From an uncultured Pseudomonadales bacterium (lineage in GTDB: Bacteria; Patescibacteriota; Microgenomatia; UBA1400; PJMF01): 64,000 nt of DNA. Within the stretch, counting starts at the first letter, position 1; each line of letters starts with the position of its first letter. The stretch spans positions 9,440 through 73,439 of the forward strand of contig CAZMXT010000001.1 of NCBI GenBank assembly GCA_964570365.1, given 5' to 3'. The notes below the pieces were generated by a model. The model searched no databases and was not told where the DNA came from. It saw nothing but the letters and a program-made list of their open reading frames with translations. The translations under genes were made by a program, and so were the position numbers. Positions 9,519 through 19,330 of the stretch are shown here, piece by piece.

Positions 9519-12214
9519 GTCCTGGAACGATGAGTGACTGCTAATTTCTTAGCCCAATAAGCAAACTGTGCGGCTTTGTCCTCATAGTCTTTAAATTGGC
9601 CAAAGCTAGGTGAAGCTGGAGAAAGTAGTACTGTCCCAGAGGCAGGGCAGTGTTGGTAGGACATGTTTACCGCTTCCTCCATGGTGTTCGCAAACAGAAT
9701 AGTCGGCAGCTCATTCTCAGAGTAATTTTTTTTCATAATCCCAAACATTTTTTCTCCTGAAGGCTTGAAGAAAATCACTGTTGGAACTCTTTTTTCTATC
9801 ACCTTATCTACTATCTTGGTAAAATCTAAGCCCCGGTCATATCCGCCCAGCAGGATCACATCTACTCTCTCTAAAGTATCCAGAGCAATACAACTGGCTT
9901 CTGGAATGGTGGCCAACGTGTCATCAACAAAGACTCTAGTATCAAAAATCCCCACTTGCTCGAGACGATGAGGTAAAGGTTTAAAGGTGCTGAGCGCTTG
10001 TTGAATGATCGACTCATCTATTTTGAAGTGCTTTGCCACCAACGCGGCTGGCGGCAGGTTGTACTTTTGGATAATAGCGGAGGCAACTGGCTCAGCAGAA
10101 ACTAAATTGGCTGGAGAAAATGCCTGCTTCTGTGCAGTACTATTTGCCCAAATAGGCTGCAGTTCAGGTACTTCAGCGTTATAGATAAGTACATCGTCAG
10201 AGTTTTGCCAACGAGTAATATTTCCTTTCGCTTGAAGGTAGTTTTCAAATGAACCATGATAATTTAGGTGCTCGGGAAAGATATTTAGGAATACTGCCAA
10301 ATGCGGACTGAACATAACACTCTCTAGTTGGTAGCTAGACATCTCAATCACCGGAATAGTTTCTGGCTTAAGCTGCGAGTCAGACTCAAAAACTGGAGTG
10401 CCAATATTACCTGCCAGGATAGCTGGTCTACCGGCAGTCACTAGAATCTGGTGAATGAGCGCTGCAGTAGTACTCTTGCCTTTTGTGCCTGTGACACCTA
10501 CAACACTCTTTCTATACACCCTCAGGAACTCGTTGAGTTGAGAAGTAACCTCTCTATTTTGGCTCAAAAACTCCTGAAGAGCCGGCTCATGAATAGAGAT
10601 GGCGGGGGTTTTAAAAATTACGTCATAACTACTCAAGTTTTGCAGATAGGGTTCAACTTTTACGCGTACATCCTGCCCATACTTTTCAGAGACACTTGAG
10701 TCCTTATCTGAAATACCCAGCTGCTTATCAGGAAAAATTCTTCTTAAAAGTCCGTATGTGCTTTCTCCTTCCCGACCCATTCCTAGGATGAGCACTTGTT
10801 TCTGCCCAAACTGTTCGAGCAACGACTTCTGAAGGAGTGACTTTTCTTCAGTCACAGCGTTTCTAAGCACTTCAAAGAAAGCTCCGGGTAAAAAGTGAGT
10901 TGTTTGTAGAGTAGTTGTTACGTTTTTGCTGTGCGCTTCATTTCCGAGTTGAGCGGGCAGGACATGATCTTTGGCATACTGGAGTAAATGCGGAAGATGA
11001 CCAGGATTCTTCTGCAGGGTCAAGTCCAGCGCAATGAGCGTCTCTCCTCTGGTCCCGACGCATTCTAGTGACTTAATCTCCGTCATTCCAGTCAATTCAT
11101 CAAAGATTGGCTGCAGTGATTCCTTTTCTAGTAAGTTCTGTCCAAAAATATTCTCTAGCACTTGCTGTTCAACAAACGGCGATAAAATAATATAGACAAA
11201 TAGACACTTTGGGCACTCACCACACCACTTGCCAGTTTTCTGTCCCCGGTTACAACTTAGGAAGAAACTAAAATACTGAGGGTACTGACAAAATACTTTG
11301 GCAATCTGAATCTCATGCATAGGCCGTAAAAAACTAAAGTACTCTATCGCAGTAGAAACATATTTTTTGAGGTACTCTCGAAAATTACTTTCAAACTCCA
11401 AACTCTTGGAGTACTGGTGATTGATCTGCTGACCTAAGAAAGTGGTGTTTCCTTCATTGGCACTAAACTCATTAGAAACCGCAATGTACCTAATATCCAA
11501 AATATATGCTGCCAAGGTACTTGAAAAAGCGGCCATAGCAGAAAAAGGAGTATGGCCATTCAGGTACCCAGCAGTATTTAGCTCGAGTAACTGGGGATCT
11601 AAATGGCGAGAGATCTGAATATTTTCGCTGATACCAGTCATCTTTAGTAACTGCGACACCTGATCAGTAGCGTTAATCGTCAGCGTCAGACGAGGAAGCG
11701 AGAAATTTTTTAGTAACTCAATACTCACTAAAGAGTCTTTCCCTCCGCCAACTGGGATAATTACTTTTTCCAGGTGAGGTGTTTCATCAATGACAGATGA
11801 CTTTTCTGCACCCTCAACCTTAAATTTTACAAACCCTTCACTCCAGCCATCAATCTGATTGACAAAGAAAAACTCACTGAGACCTTTTTTAAGGAGCTCT
11901 TCCCAAAATTTTAATTGATCTGCTGATAAGTAGCCTGCTTGAATAACAAATTCAGAAGAGCAAGCAGCTTTCCAGTAAGAGAAACCCTCGACCATTCCCA
12001 GCTGGAAAATCCAGTTCTGTAGAACTTCCTCGTTTAGTTGTTCTAAATGCTCAGCAGTGACATGGTGATATATATATTTAGAGGTAAATGCAAGTTCGGG
12101 TTCAAGTGTATAAAAAAAAAGTAGCTCTAATCCCTCAGCTGTTAGTTGATAGGAAAATCGCTGATAAATAAAGCGCGGATGATTCTGCCGCAAGCTTTGT
12201 AAGCGATGAGACAT
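9515..12214 (-). CDS. murD: Fusion of MurL (UDP-MurNAc-L-Ala-L-Glu epimerase, N-terminal) and a MurD2-type ligase (C-terminal)
   Basis: First ~450 aa: PVGGGKDS, NGHTPFSA, SNEFSANE, NHQYSKS, WCGECPKC, LECVG (MurL-like). Remainder: LGMGREG, GVTGTKGKSTT, AGNIG, EMSSYQL, LPHRLE, LLSPASPSFGQF (MurD family). Confidence 0.88.
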   Translation of the reverse strand: MSHRLQSLRQNHPRFIYQRFSYQLTAEGLELLFFYTLEPELAFTSKYIYHHVTAEHLEQLNEEVLQNWIFQLGMVEGFSYWKAACSSEFVIQAGYLSADQLKFWEELLKKGLSEFFFVNQIDGWSEGFVKFKVEGAEKSSVIDETPHLEKVIIPVGGGKDSLVSIELLKNFSLPRLTLTINATDQVSQLLKMTGISENIQISRHLDPQLLELNTAGYLNGHTPFSAMAAFSSTLAAYILDIRYIAVSNEFSANEGNTTFLGQQINHQYSKSLEFESNFREYLKKYVSTAIEYFSFLRPMHEIQIAKVFCQYPQYFSFFLSCNRGQKTGKWCGECPKCLFVYIILSPFVEQQVLENIFGQNLLEKESLQPIFDELTGMTEIKSLECVGTRGETLIALDLTLQKNPGHLPHLLQYAKDHVLPAQLGNEAHSKNVTTTLQTTHFLPGAFFEVLRNAVTEEKSLLQKSLLEQFGQKQVLILGMGREGESTYGLLRRIFPDKQLGISDKDSSVSEKYGQDVRVKVEPYLQNLSSYDVIFKTPAISIHEPALQEFLSQNREVTSQLNEFLRVYRKSVVGVTGTKGKSTTAALIHQILVTAGRPAILAGNIGTPVFESDSQLKPETIPVIEMSSYQLESVMFSPHLAVFLNIFPEHLNYHGSFENYLQAKGNITRWQNSDDVLIYNAEVPELQPIWANSTAQKQAFSPANLVSAEPVASAIIQKYNLPPAALVAKHFKIDESIIQQALSTFKPLPHRLEQVGIFDTRVFVDDTLATIPEASCIALDTLERVDVILLGGYDRGLDFTKIVDKVIEKRVPTVIFFKPSGEKMFGIMKKNYSENELPTILFANTMEEAVNMSYQHCPASGTVLLSPASPSFGQFKDYEDKAAQFAYWAKKLAVTHRSRT

Positions 12215-12232
12215 ATGGTCACTTTCTTCCTT

Positions 12233-13273
12233 TTATAGCATCGCTAACCATACACCAAACAAGGTTAACATAATTTGAACGAGCCAGGCGCGTTGAACAA
12301 TTTTTGGCTCTTCCCAGCCATGATGCTGGAGCCAAAGATGAAATGGAGAAGCTGGAAAAAGTTTTTTCTTGCGCAGCCGTTTTGAGAGTAGCTGGCTTAG
12401 GGAAGTAAAAATCTCTAACACAAAGATAAATCCTATTACAACTAATGCAATCACCTTCCCCAATAAGAGTCCCACCACCGCCAGGGTGGCGCCAAAAGCC
12501 AGCGCCCCGACATCCCCCATGAATAATCGAGCCGGAAAAATATTGAAGTACAGGAAAGAAATCAACGATCCCAGCCACAGAGCCAGAAACATCGAAATAG
12601 GTACATCCAAAATTTGGGCTGAAAGGTACCAGAGTCCAAAGAACGAAATCATTAAGATCCCCCCAGCCAAACCATCCAAACCATCAGTCACATTTACAGC
12701 ATTTGTGAAAGCTAGAATTACAAAAGCGGCAAACGGAATATACAACCAACCGAGTTCAAACGTCCCAATAAAGGGAATGTTTACAAATGAAATTCCTAGC
12801 TCGTGGTAAAGCAACCACCCTATTATCAGAGAGAGAGCAACTTGTAAGGCCAATTTGTGCTTCAGGCGCAAACCAAAGAACTGCTCTTTCTTAAACTGAA
12901 AGAATTTCTTGACGTCATCATATAAACCCAACAAGCCAAATGACAAGAAAGTAAAGAAAAGAATGTTGATTTCTTTCTCCACATTATAGACCCCATTGAC
13001 TGGGATACCGGTATGTTTCAACAGCGGGAAAATCACTGCAAAAAGAGTCGTGACCACAAGAATAATTAACAAGCCTCCACCAACTGGCACGCCCGCTTTC
13101 TTGTTATGAAACTTGTCAAAAATAGGAGTGTGCTCCCCAAAAGCGTCTACTGTCCGCTGGTTGGCTCGTCGGAACCTCATACTATATAAGAGGTTGATAA
13201 ATGGAACGATCAAAATACTCGTCAGAATAAAAGAAAAAATTAGTAAGCCTAAAATAAAGACCATTGAGTTCAT
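12233..13273 (-). CDS. mraY: Phospho-N-acetylmuramoyl-pentapeptide transferase
   Basis: KAGVPVGGG, GLYDD, NAVNVTDGLDGLAGG, PARLFMGDVG, SPFHLW, GWEEPKIV. Confidence 0.96.
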   Translation of the reverse strand: MNSMVFILGLLIFSFILTSILIVPFINLLYSMRFRRANQRTVDAFGEHTPIFDKFHNKKAGVPVGGGLLIILVVTTLFAVIFPLLKHTGIPVNGVYNVEKEINILFFTFLSFGLLGLYDDVKKFFQFKKEQFFGLRLKHKLALQVALSLIIGWLLYHELGISFVNIPFIGTFELGWLYIPFAAFVILAFTNAVNVTDGLDGLAGGILMISFFGLWYLSAQILDVPISMFLALWLGSLISFLYFNIFPARLFMGDVGALAFGATLAVVGLLLGKVIALVVIGFIFVLEIFTSLSQLLSKRLRKKKLFPASPFHLWLQHHGWEEPKIVQRAWLVQIMLTLFGVWLAML

Positions 13274-13279
13274 ACTATC

Positions 13280-14599
13280 CTAGTAACGTTGAATATTCGC
13301 GCCAAGTTTATGTAGTATCCGATCTAGCTTCTCATATCCTCGATCAATGTGATCCGTACTATCGTGTAATGTAGTTTCTCCTGTTGCCGTTAATCCTGCA
13401 ATCATTAAAGTTGCGCCATGCCGTAAGTCTTGGACGTCAAACTCCCCACCATGGAGTGCAGAGGGCCCGACAATCCGAGCTGCGTGAAAAAACTCTGGAC
13501 GGTCATTTTCTAAGTTAAAGTTATATAGCTTATCTGGATTATCTACTTCTGGATTAAAGAGCTGTATGCTGGCTCCCATTTCATTAAGCGCTTTTACGTA
13601 CGCAAATCGATTTTCTAACACTGTTTCATGCAGAACACTCACCCCCGTAGCTTGCGTCATCATCGTCACCCAAAGCGGCTGCCAGTCAGTCTTGAAGCCA
13701 GGGTGAATACCTGTAGCAATGACTGCTCCTTGAAGTGGTCCTTTATAAAAGAACCGTACCCCAAAGTTACCAACTTGATACCCTGCATGGGCTTGATCAA
13801 GTGCGGTAAGAAAAGCGGTTAAGTCACTTGGCCGAGCATTCTCTACAATTACATCACCTTTCGTAGCTATGGCTGCACAAGCAAACGAGACCACCTGATT
13901 ATGATCGGGCATAATTTGGTGAATAGCTCCATGGAGATGTTCAACGCCTTCTATTTTGATCACTCTATTTGGCAGACGCTCAATCTTGGCCCCCATCGTA
14001 TTTAGGAACTCAATTAAGTCATCAATTTCTGTTTCTAAAGCCGCATTCTGCAAAAGTGTTACGCCTTTAGCCTTTACTGCCGTCATAATTAATGTCTCAG
14101 TTCCAGTATGGGTGCTTTTTGGAAAACAGTACGTGGCTCCATGCAGACCTTTCGTCTTCGCATGGATTAACTCATTCTCAAACTTCACTTCCACACCTAA
14201 AGCTGCTAAACCATCAAAGTGACGATCCAAAGGTCTGGCTCCTATTTTATCTCCGCCTGGAAATGGCACACTTACTTCTCCGAACCTAGACAATAGAGCA
14301 GGAATAAAAAGAGATGATGCTCGAGAAATTCTTCCATATTTCTCTGCAATGTCGTGACTACTCAAAGAAGTTGGATCAACCATATATGCTCGTTCGCCAA
14401 CCAGCTGAGCTTTTGCACCCAAGGAATTAATTATTTCAGCCACCATCTGAACATCACTGATGTGACTGAAGTTTAGCAAACGAGAAGGTGCATCACCCAG
14501 TAGTGCCGCAATCATTAATTTGTAGGAAGCATTTTTTGCCCCACCTACCCGTACGCTTCCGAAGAGAGGATTGCCGCCGATGATTTTGAAGTGAGACAT
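13280..14599 (-). CDS. murA: UDP-GlcNAc 1-carboxyvinyltransferase
   Basis: GAKNA, RAS, PGGDKIGARP, PGFKTDWQP, ENRF, DLRHGA, IDRGYE. Confidence 0.96.
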   Translation of the reverse strand: MSHFKIIGGNPLFGSVRVGGAKNASYKLMIAALLGDAPSRLLNFSHISDVQMVAEIINSLGAKAQLVGERAYMVDPTSLSSHDIAEKYGRISRASSLFIPALLSRFGEVSVPFPGGDKIGARPLDRHFDGLAALGVEVKFENELIHAKTKGLHGATYCFPKSTHTGTETLIMTAVKAKGVTLLQNAALETEIDDLIEFLNTMGAKIERLPNRVIKIEGVEHLHGAIHQIMPDHNQVVSFACAAIATKGDVIVENARPSDLTAFLTALDQAHAGYQVGNFGVRFFYKGPLQGAVIATGIHPGFKTDWQPLWVTMMTQATGVSVLHETVLENRFAYVKALNEMGASIQLFNPEVDNPDKLYNFNLENDRPEFFHAARIVGPSALHGGEFDVQDLRHGATLMIAGLTATGETTLHDSTDHIDRGYEKLDRILHKLGANIQRY

Positions 14600-14611
14600 A
14601 TTTTTAGCGCG

Positions 14612-17059
14612 TTATTCCAGAAAAAAAACTTCTTCTTCTAATTCTACTCCATATAGTTCTAGAACTCTCTGCTTGACAATTTTGGCGAGTTCTTTTACTT
14701 CTTGGCTGGTTCCCTGACCAAGATTGATGAAAAAAGCCGCATGTTTTGCACTCACTTGAATACCACCGACTCTAGTCCCTTTTAAGCCTGCTTGGTCAAT
14801 TAAAAAAGCCGTGGGAAACTCAGCTCTTTGTGCAAATTGGGGGAAGAGCCCTGCCAAATTGGGAGTCATCGGTGTGTTGCGAAAGTAACAGCCCGAGCTG
14901 GGCTCGCCTAGAGGTTGAGTTTGTGCGCGATAAATCGTCGCTTCCTTCACCTTAGTCATCGATTCTTCTTGGTTGCCTTCAGCTAACTTGAACTCAGCCT
15001 GCAGAATTATCTCCTTGGTGTGATGAAACCTAGAAAAATCATACTTAAAGTCACACTCTTGTGTAGAGAGCCACTTAACTTTTGAGTCATCAGTAATAAC
15101 TTCAACGCGGTGAATATGCTCTCCGATCAAGTCTCTTAAGTAGTGGGCATTGTTGTAAACTGCACCCCCAACTTTCCCCGGTACCCCTAGGAAGTACTCC
15201 AGGCCTTGTAGGCCTTCATCAATTGTCTTGCGAACAAAAAGAGCAGTCTTGTACCCAGCGCCAACTCTGACTATCTTCTTACCATCTCCACTATCAGCAG
15301 ATTCTAAAGAGTACTCCTCATTACTTGCGCGAATGACTACCCCTACCAAACCTTTATCACTAACAACTACATTGCTGGCTCCCGCCAAAATAGTCATGGG
15401 AAACTGCTGCTCCTGACAATGTTTCACTACCGCAATAATATCTTGGCGAGACTTCAAATCGAGAAATACTTCAGCTGGTCCCCCAATCTTAAAGTATGTT
15501 AAAGGGGCTAAAACATAGTTAAATTCTGGACTGAGATGAGAAAAATGATGATGAATGGATTCTTGGAGTGGAGTACGGGGAGTCATGGATTTATTGTGCA
15601 TCGCTCCCTCATCGGTAATGAGGTCATGAATTTTATAAATATCACCAGCTCCAATAGTTAGTAACACATTACCCGGTCTCAGATTTTTCTGAGAATAACA
15701 AGCTAGGTCATTCAAATTTTCTAAGTTCCGAGCCGGAATCTCAGGGAATCTCTCCTGAATAGCAGTACACAACATATCGCTCGTAATACTCATGTCGACT
15801 GCTTCTCTGGCAGACGGAAAGATATCCATCATCCAAACCTCACTGGCGTCTTTGAATGCTGTCACAAAATCAGCAAAAAGAGATTTGGTACGTGAATACG
15901 TGTGGGATTGGAAGGCCACCACTAATCGCTGAGTAGGAAACCACTCTCGGTAGGCAGCAATAACTTTTTGAACTTCATGAGGGTGATGAGCGTAGTCATC
16001 ATAGTACTTCACTTGATTTTTTTCACCGATAAATTGGCACCTTCGTAAGGTTGATCTGAAAGTTGCCAGTGCGGTTGCAGCCTTTTGAGCAGGAACTCCA
16101 ATGCAGCTGCACGCTGCAATTGCTGCCACTGCATTTTCCAAGTTATAGTACCCAGGAATCTGAAGTTTTAACGAAATAGCACCTCTGACTAAAGGTGAAA
16201 AAAAGTTGCAGCTATTACTACCCAGTTCTGCTTGGATAGAGGCTGGATCAATCCAGAAGTCAGAACCTTTTTTTGAACCAAAAGAGTATGTAGTAATTCC
16301 TACATTGTGGTAAAAAACCCCAAGTTCTTCATCTGCTTTATTAAAGATTAAAAAACCACCTGACTGAACCTGATTAAAGAAAGTTTCAAACGTCTTGACT
16401 GTATGGTCTAAATCTTTATATACATCGGGGTGATCAAACTTTAAGTTAGTACACACCGTCAGGAATGGGTGGAAAAAAGAAAAGCGTGGTGTACTCTCCA
16501 CACCTCGACTGGGAGCTGTCGGATCAATCACATACTCATCAGCTTCTGCAACAAAGTATTGACTCTCCTCAGACCATTTTCCAGTTTTTTTCATGCCTGG
16601 AATATCACCTACACCAACTGAAAATGAAGGGTTGCACCCTGTCTTCTCTAAGATCCAGCTAATCATTGCCGATGTGGTCGATTTTCCTCCTACCCCACAG
16701 ACTGCAATACCTTTTTTTTGGTTAAAGAGCGCTGCAATGGCTTCTGCCTGAGAGTAAACTGGTAAACGTCTTTTTTGGGCTTGAATTACCTGAGGATTTT
16801 GTTGAGCTTGATGAGCTGCTGTGTAAATAAGGCAGTCAACCTCTGCGGGAATCTCAGTCTCAAAACTGAGATCTATTTTAATATTTTCACTTTTTAGTAG
16901 CGGTTGCGTTACAAACTCTTCTGCCAAATCAGAACCAGTAACTTTTTTGCCAGCATCAAGTAAGCATTGGGCCAAAGAAGTCATTGCGACACCTTTAACG
17001 CCAACTAAATAAAAGAAATCATACTGGAGTAGATCGGTGAGTTGCGAGTGAGCGTTCAT
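14612..17059 (-). CDS. murC: MurC-MurB fusion (UDP-MurNAc--L-Ala ligase plus UDP-N-acetylenolpyruvoylglucosamine reductase)
   Basis: First ~480 aa: GVKGVAMT, GKSTTS, EADEY, DHPD, DDYAHHP, FQSHTYSRT, GAGDI. C-terminal part: TYFKIGGPA, GASN, GVPGKVGGAVYNNA, SGCYFRN, KHAAFFIN, LEEEV. Confidence 0.93.
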   Translation of the reverse strand: MNAHSQLTDLLQYDFFYLVGVKGVAMTSLAQCLLDAGKKVTGSDLAEEFVTQPLLKSENIKIDLSFETEIPAEVDCLIYTAAHQAQQNPQVIQAQKRRLPVYSQAEAIAALFNQKKGIAVCGVGGKSTTSAMISWILEKTGCNPSFSVGVGDIPGMKKTGKWSEESQYFVAEADEYVIDPTAPSRGVESTPRFSFFHPFLTVCTNLKFDHPDVYKDLDHTVKTFETFFNQVQSGGFLIFNKADEELGVFYHNVGITTYSFGSKKGSDFWIDPASIQAELGSNSCNFFSPLVRGAISLKLQIPGYYNLENAVAAIAACSCIGVPAQKAATALATFRSTLRRCQFIGEKNQVKYYDDYAHHPHEVQKVIAAYREWFPTQRLVVAFQSHTYSRTKSLFADFVTAFKDASEVWMMDIFPSAREAVDMSITSDMLCTAIQERFPEIPARNLENLNDLACYSQKNLRPGNVLLTIGAGDIYKIHDLITDEGAMHNKSMTPRTPLQESIHHHFSHLSPEFNYVLAPLTYFKIGGPAEVFLDLKSRQDIIAVVKHCQEQQFPMTILAGASNVVVSDKGLVGVVIRASNEEYSLESADSGDGKKIVRVGAGYKTALFVRKTIDEGLQGLEYFLGVPGKVGGAVYNNAHYLRDLIGEHIHRVEVITDDSKVKWLSTQECDFKYDFSRFHHTKEIILQAEFKLAEGNQEESMTKVKEATIYRAQTQPLGEPSSGCYFRNTPMTPNLAGLFPQFAQRAEFPTAFLIDQAGLKGTRVGGIQVSAKHAAFFINLGQGTSQEVKELAKIVKQRVLELYGVELEEEVFFLE

Positions 17060-17071
17060 AGAAAACTTATC

Positions 17072-18055
17072 TTAAATAGAGTCCTGCAGAATTTGAGCCA
17101 GGACAGCTTGAAGCTTTTCCGGATCATGGCGTAAGAGTGAGCGATGTGCTGTATCGTTACTGCTTTTTTCGAAAATCTGTGGGCTTAATAAAGGGTGTCG
17201 GATAACCCGAACATCATTCAAGTCATCCACTACCGGATACTCACGGTCTGCAGCATAAAGTGCTAACATCTCATCTTGAATGGCCTCATTATTTAGCACT
17301 ACTTTATCCACTGGGCGACCGATCAGCTCTTCAATTCCCGTCAAATGATCTGCAGCTGACATCTCATGCGTTTGAGTGAAGCGCGTCATTAAGTTAATAA
17401 AGTAGACGATGGTTGCTTTTGTTTGAGCAAAAGCTGACTTAGTGCCATCAGGCAACAACGCTGCGAAGAGACTGGCGTAGTAATCACCGGGCCCGATCAC
17501 AATCACATTTGCTTCCTTGATTGCTCGTGCAGCCTGATCGTTGATTTTCGCCTTATCGACCAATTTAACCTGTTTAATTTTCTTTACCTCAGTAAGTTTC
17601 CCGTCCAGTACGTGCTCACCAATCGCCATGTCCCCATCAGCATACTCTATTTGGAGATGAACGTTGTCTTTTGTAGCTGGTATGACTTCCCCTTGAATTC
17701 GAAATATTTTTTCCGCAATCAGTAAGGCCTCAGTCGTATCCCCAGTCATATCTTGGAGTGCCGTTAACAATAAGTTTCCAAGATTATGGCCTTTTAGGCC
17801 TTCACCTTTTTCAAACCTGTAGAGAAGTATCTTCCTAATCCACTCTTCTCCTTCCAGCTCTGCCAAAGCTGCTAGTGCTTGTCTCAGATCACCAACGGGT
17901 TGAAAACCGAACTCGTCTCTTAACTTTCCTGTGGAGCCACCGGAATCAGAAACTGCAATGATACTCGCGATCTCAACACCTTGATGTTTCAGGCTCGAAA
18001 TAACTGGAAAAGTACCAGTACCACCGCCGATAACTACAACTTTACGTTTCACCAT
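17072..18055 (-). CDS. yvcK: YvcK/GlmR (CofD/UPF0052) family UDP-GlcNAc-binding protein
   Basis: VVIGGGTG, VSDSGGSTGKLR, GDLRQAL, GHNLGNL, IGPG, LRHD. Start refined to ATG 18055. Confidence 0.9.
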   Translation of the reverse strand: MVKRKVVVIGGGTGTFPVISSLKHQGVEIASIIAVSDSGGSTGKLRDEFGFQPVGDLRQALAALAELEGEEWIRKILLYRFEKGEGLKGHNLGNLLLTALQDMTGDTTEALLIAEKIFRIQGEVIPATKDNVHLQIEYADGDMAIGEHVLDGKLTEVKKIKQVKLVDKAKINDQAARAIKEANVIVIGPGDYYASLFAALLPDGTKSAFAQTKATIVYFINLMTRFTQTHEMSAADHLTGIEELIGRPVDKVVLNNEAIQDEMLALYAADREYPVVDDLNDVRVIRHPLLSPQIFEKSSNDTAHRSLLRHDPEKLQAVLAQILQDSI

Positions 18056-18056
18056 A

Positions 18057-19310
18057 CTACTTCCTTTGTTTTTGCTGAGCACGCCCCCGAATAGTAATAG
18101 CTTCTTGGGCCACTTTCGCATCGCTCCAGGGATATTCTTTTTTTCCGTAACACATACTTTGCTCGTGACCTTTACCTAGGAGAGCCACGATATCTCCAGG
18201 TTCTGCAAGTTGTTGAACTGCAAAGTTAATCGCTTCCCCTCTATCACAAATAGAAAGTACTTTTGCGTGGAATGGGCGTAGATCTTGTTTCATTTGTCGA
18301 ATAATTGACCAAACATCTTCAGTTCTGGGGTCCTCAGCTGTGAAGATAACAATATCTGCTAACTCAGCTCCTATCCTACCCATCTTGGGCCGCTTTTGCC
18401 AATCCCGTAAACCCGCGCAACCAAATACAGCGATTAATCTATTCAGCTTCTCTGCGCTGATTCTTTGTCTTAGTGCAGTCAAAACTGCTCGGACGGCATT
18501 TGGCGTGTGAGCAAAATCCACAACTACCTCGATGTTCTTTTTCTTCACAACGGTCTGCATTCTTCCTACCACACTGGGAAAAGCAGCAACTGCCTTCACA
18601 AAGCTGGCCGGGTCAATTCCAAGCTTTTGGCTCATCGCATAGACCAACCGCGCATTCATTTGATTATAGGCTTGAGGAAAACGTCTTATAATAGCTTCCC
18701 GGACGGTATTCGGCAAACTATCTGCTTGTGAGTAGGTAGTAATCTGAGTTGAGGAGGACTGGAGAACTTTTCTTAGTTTATTATATGAGAGCTCATCATC
18801 AGCATTGAGCACTGCAATCTGTGAATCTTTAATCAGGATTGCTTTGGCAGCTAAATAGGCATCATAGGTAACATGATAATCCAGGTGCTCAAAAGAAATA
18901 TTTGTTACCCCCACCAAAAATGGATGAATTCCCCATAAGCGATGCTGATAGATTCCATGGGAGGTCGCCTCTAAAACTAGGTCTTGATATCCTCCAGACA
19001 CCATCCGAGCTAAAAAAGCCTGCAATTGCCGAGGGTCAGGAGTAGTAACATGGAAACCTGTGCCTATTGATTGATCACCAATGTAGGCAGCAACAGTCGT
19101 TAAGAGGGCGACTTTGCGACCAGCTTTTTTTAGCACATGATAAAGTAGTGTGCTTGAGGTGGTTTTTCCATCCGTTCCAGTAATACAAATAATACGGAGT
19201 TTTCGAGCAGGAAAATGATACTTTATTTCAGCTGGTAGTCCGCGGAGTAGTCCGGTTTTTACCAAGTGAAAGGGTCGTTTGAAACGGTAAATCAATTCTT
19301 TAATCATCAA
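18057..19310 (-). CDS. murE: UDP-MurNAc-tripeptide synthetase MurE (short form)
   Basis: ITGTDGKTT, TTPD, LEATSHG, EHLDYH, GRMQ, DFAHTP, FGCAGLRD..KRP.MG, EDPRTED, GKGHE. Confidence 0.93.
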   Translation of the reverse strand: MMIKELIYRFKRPFHLVKTGLLRGLPAEIKYHFPARKLRIICITGTDGKTTSSTLLYHVLKKAGRKVALLTTVAAYIGDQSIGTGFHVTTPDPRQLQAFLARMVSGGYQDLVLEATSHGIYQHRLWGIHPFLVGVTNISFEHLDYHVTYDAYLAAKAILIKDSQIAVLNADDELSYNKLRKVLQSSSTQITTYSQADSLPNTVREAIIRRFPQAYNQMNARLVYAMSQKLGIDPASFVKAVAAFPSVVGRMQTVVKKKNIEVVVDFAHTPNAVRAVLTALRQRISAEKLNRLIAVFGCAGLRDWQKRPKMGRIGAELADIVIFTAEDPRTEDVWSIIRQMKQDLRPFHAKVLSICDRGEAINFAVQQLAEPGDIVALLGKGHEQSMCYGKKEYPWSDAKVAQEAITIRGRAQQKQRK

Positions 19311-19330
19311 AGTCCATTATACCGTAAAGT

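Noticed and set aside
12219-12809. ORFs 12219..12578 (-) and 12369..12809 (+)
   Set aside because: They overlap mraY almost entirely and show no recognisable motifs.
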